This document shows, in pieces, positions 25,008 to 26,694 of a stretch of DNA of 26,694 bases. The stretch's first letter is position 1. Every line of letters starts with the position of its first letter. The notes beneath the pieces are model-generated. The model saw only the letters and a program-made list of their open reading frames with translations. It was not told the DNA's origin and ran no database searches. A program made the translations under genes and the position numbers. The stretch comes from Patescibacteria group bacterium (GTDB lineage Bacteria; Patescibacteriota; Minisyncoccia; UBA6257; HR35): the NCBI GenBank assembly GCA_023480925.1, contig JAMCWY010000013.1, positions 1-26,694 on the forward strand, given 5' to 3'.

Positions 25008-26006
25008 ATGGACGAGTTGATCCAAAGATTGGGTTGTTTAAACGAATCGGAGAAAAAAATTTTCGATCGGATTTTTTCCTATCAAATTGACAATATTAGT
25101 CAAGTTGTCCCACCGGAAATTTTCGCTCGCTATGGTTCAAAGGTTGAAAATCAAGAACTGCTTCGAGTCAGAAATAAAGTTATATTCCAAGAAAGTCTTT
25201 TTAATGTTTGGCGCGGCCGCCGGCCCGAACCAATCAAAGATTTCAAACCGCCGGTTGACGATATTTTTTCCCAACCGGAAAAAACAACGCCAATTGACGA
25301 AGTCGGCCGAATTGAAAGTAATTTTAGCCTGACCGCTTCGAATCTAACTAAGATCGCTCGCCATCACTCACTTGTCATTTTTAAGAACAACAATCCGTTC
25401 AATTTGAGCCAGATCGAAATTCAAGACAGCTTTCAGACCGCGTTCGAATGGTTTAAAAAAATTAAAGTCCAAGACGAAAAAGTCCAAACGCCGATTGTTT
25501 TTTGGAATTTTCTTTATCGCGCCGGCGCCAGCGTTTTTCATCCTCATCTTCAGGTTCTTTATCTCGATCAGTTGCCGGCGAAATTGGAATTTTTGTCAGA
25601 TCGGGCGGGTGAGTACGAAAAAAAATTTGGATCGAATTACTGGCAAGATTTATTTTTAGTTTCAAAAAGTCTGGGTTTGGCCAAAGAAATTGGAAACGGC
25701 TTTCGCATTTTAGTCAGCTTGACGCCGGCGAAAGAACGCGAGTTGATTATTTTGGTTGATCAATGGTCTGGTTGTCTTGATCGCTTGGCCGGCTTAATTG
25801 AAAAATATATCAACCTTGGTAGCCAGAGTTTTAATCTTTTTCTTGTTGGCGGTGATGAAAAATCGAAACCGATTGGTTTTATCGTTGATCGCGGTCCGCT
25901 TTCGGAGGTTAACGCCGATATTGGTTCGTTAGAACTTTACGCTTTTACCGTTGTTAGTTTTGATCCGTTCGCTTTCGCTCAAGCGCTCTGGGAAAATTCA
26001 AATTAG
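25008..26006 (+). CDS. GalT-branch HIT-superfamily nucleotidyltransferase/phosphorylase-like protein
   Basis: The HxHxQ motif (AGASVFHPHLQV) and an upstream N.WRGRRP segment resemble galactose-1-P uridylyltransferase or ADP-glucose phosphorylase-type enzymes. No N-terminal Cys zinc site is seen. Confidence 0.45.
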   Translation: MDELIQRLGCLNESEKKIFDRIFSYQIDNISQVVPPEIFARYGSKVENQELLRVRNKVIFQESLFNVWRGRRPEPIKDFKPPVDDIFSQPEKTTPIDEVGRIESNFSLTASNLTKIARHHSLVIFKNNNPFNLSQIEIQDSFQTAFEWFKKIKVQDEKVQTPIVFWNFLYRAGASVFHPHLQVLYLDQLPAKLEFLSDRAGEYEKKFGSNYWQDLFLVSKSLGLAKEIGNGFRILVSLTPAKERELIILVDQWSGCLDRLAGLIEKYINLGSQSFNLFLVGGDEKSKPIGFIVDRGPLSEVNADIGSLELYAFTVVSFDPFAFAQALWENSN

Positions 26007-26311
26007 AAGTTTAGACCCGGATTGCTTGTTGAAGCCGGCGGCAGAGAAAAATTATTGTCCGAACTTGATGAAATCTGAATTGTCGGTTGAGTTTGAATAA
26101 TCGCGTTTGAACTTGAGTTCGAAATTGGATTGAAGTTTTGACTTGGAGAAACCGCGGTCGGGTTTTGAGGCGTTTGAATGGTATTGCTTGGGCTTTGAGT
26201 CGGCGCGGTTGGCCGGCTGAAACTAATTGGCAAGATGACAAAATAAGCGATTGTGCTGAGAGCGATGATCCAAACGATAATTTTATTGATTTTTTTATAC
26301 CCTTCAAACAT
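26003..26311 (-). CDS. Hypothetical membrane-anchored low-complexity (S/T/P/Q/N-rich) protein
   Basis: An N-terminal TM (IIVWIIALSTIAYFVILPISF) is followed by about 70 aa of S/T/P/Q/N-rich sequence. A second frame (26011..26307) is also open, so the coding call is tentative. Confidence 0.35.
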   Translation of the reverse strand: MFEGYKKINKIIVWIIALSTIAYFVILPISFSRPTAPTQSPSNTIQTPQNPTAVSPSQNFNPISNSSSNAIIQTQPTIQISSSSDNNFSLPPASTSNPGLNF

Positions 26312-26392
26312 TGTTGTTCTTGGATGAAACTAATTTTTAAAATTATAGCACAAATTTTGTTAAAATAAAATTGATTGTCAGAAGCTAATTGT

Positions 26393-26470
26393 GGTGGCTG
26401 TAGCTCAATTGGTTAGAGCGGTGGCCTGTGGAGCCACAGGTTGCGGGTTCGATCCCCGTCAGCCACCCCA
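26393..26470 (+). tRNA. tRNA-His (anticodon GUG) with encoded G-1 and CCA
   Basis: G-1 at 26393 lies opposite discriminator C. Acceptor GTGGCTG/CAGCCAC. Anticodon stem GTGGC/GCCAC with loop CTGTGGA. T arm GCGGG-TTCGATC-CCCGT. Confidence 0.92.
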
Positions 26471-26635
26471 CCTGAAGTCTAAGATAATTGGTCTTATTAA
26501 AATTTAAGAATTTTTTGAAACAGCAAGCGATATTTTTAAACAAATCTCAAACAAAAAATTAGTTCGCTCAGTTCTAACCAACATTTAAGTTAGATTCAGA
26601 ACCATATTTTTAACTCCTTTTTAAATTCTCTAAAC

Positions 26636-26664
26636 TTGACAATTCGATAGAAAAGTGTGAAAAT
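26636..26664 (+). promoter_or_regulatory. Candidate promoter TTGACA-N17-GAAAAT with a TG extension
   Basis: TTGACA at 26636-26641, TG at 26656-26657, and GAAAAT at 26659-26664. The gene it would drive lies beyond the window. Confidence 0.35.
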
Positions 26665-26694
26665 TAAAGCAGGTGCTAATTTTTTAGTCCAGCA

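Noticed and set aside
26670-26694. GGTGCTAA-TTTT-TTAGTCCAGCA at the window edge looked like a second CIRCE half-site.
   Set aside because: Only the GTGCTAA half matches. The expected TTAGCAC partner at N9 spacing is absent and the window ends, so this cannot be supported.

Overview
This is a low-GC window (about 40% in the lines I hand-counted) packed with core information-processing and cell-division genes. These are pheT (its 5' end runs off the window), rplM-rpsI, a SEDS FtsW/RodA protein, secA, polX, groES-groEL behind a CIRCE operator, rnc-nusB-rpmF, ndk, metG, dtd, thrS, ftsA, an S21-like gene, a HIT protein, hisS, lepB and pth. There are also a GalT/HIT-like enzyme, a metal ABC importer pair, an RcnR/CsoR-like regulator with a DoxX-like membrane protein, and three tRNAs (Ser-GCU, Glu-CUC, His-GUG). 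Resident genes almost never have a Shine-Dalgarno sequence, several overlap by a few nt, ThrRS lacks its TGS domain and S9 carries a long acidic extension. That style fits a small-genome, CPR/Patescibacteria-like bacterium, which is an inference only. I saw no CRISPR array, integrase, transposase, reverse transcriptase or recognisable defence gene. The one clearly accessory segment is a 1.3-kb islet (1506-2791) directly 3' of tRNA-Ser. It holds a tail-anchored coiled-coil ORF, an orphan tRNA-like acceptor/T-arm minihelix, a 19-nt inverted repeat pair, and a consensus promoter with a 14-bp leader hairpin. It also holds a GC-rich (about 57%, GC3 about 75%) foreign gene fragment that has an in-frame TAG and is cut off at an abrupt compositional boundary. 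I read this islet as a decayed mobile-element or HGT scar, not as a demonstrably intact new system. It is still the best place to look. All claims come from reading the sequence by eye; no database search was possible.
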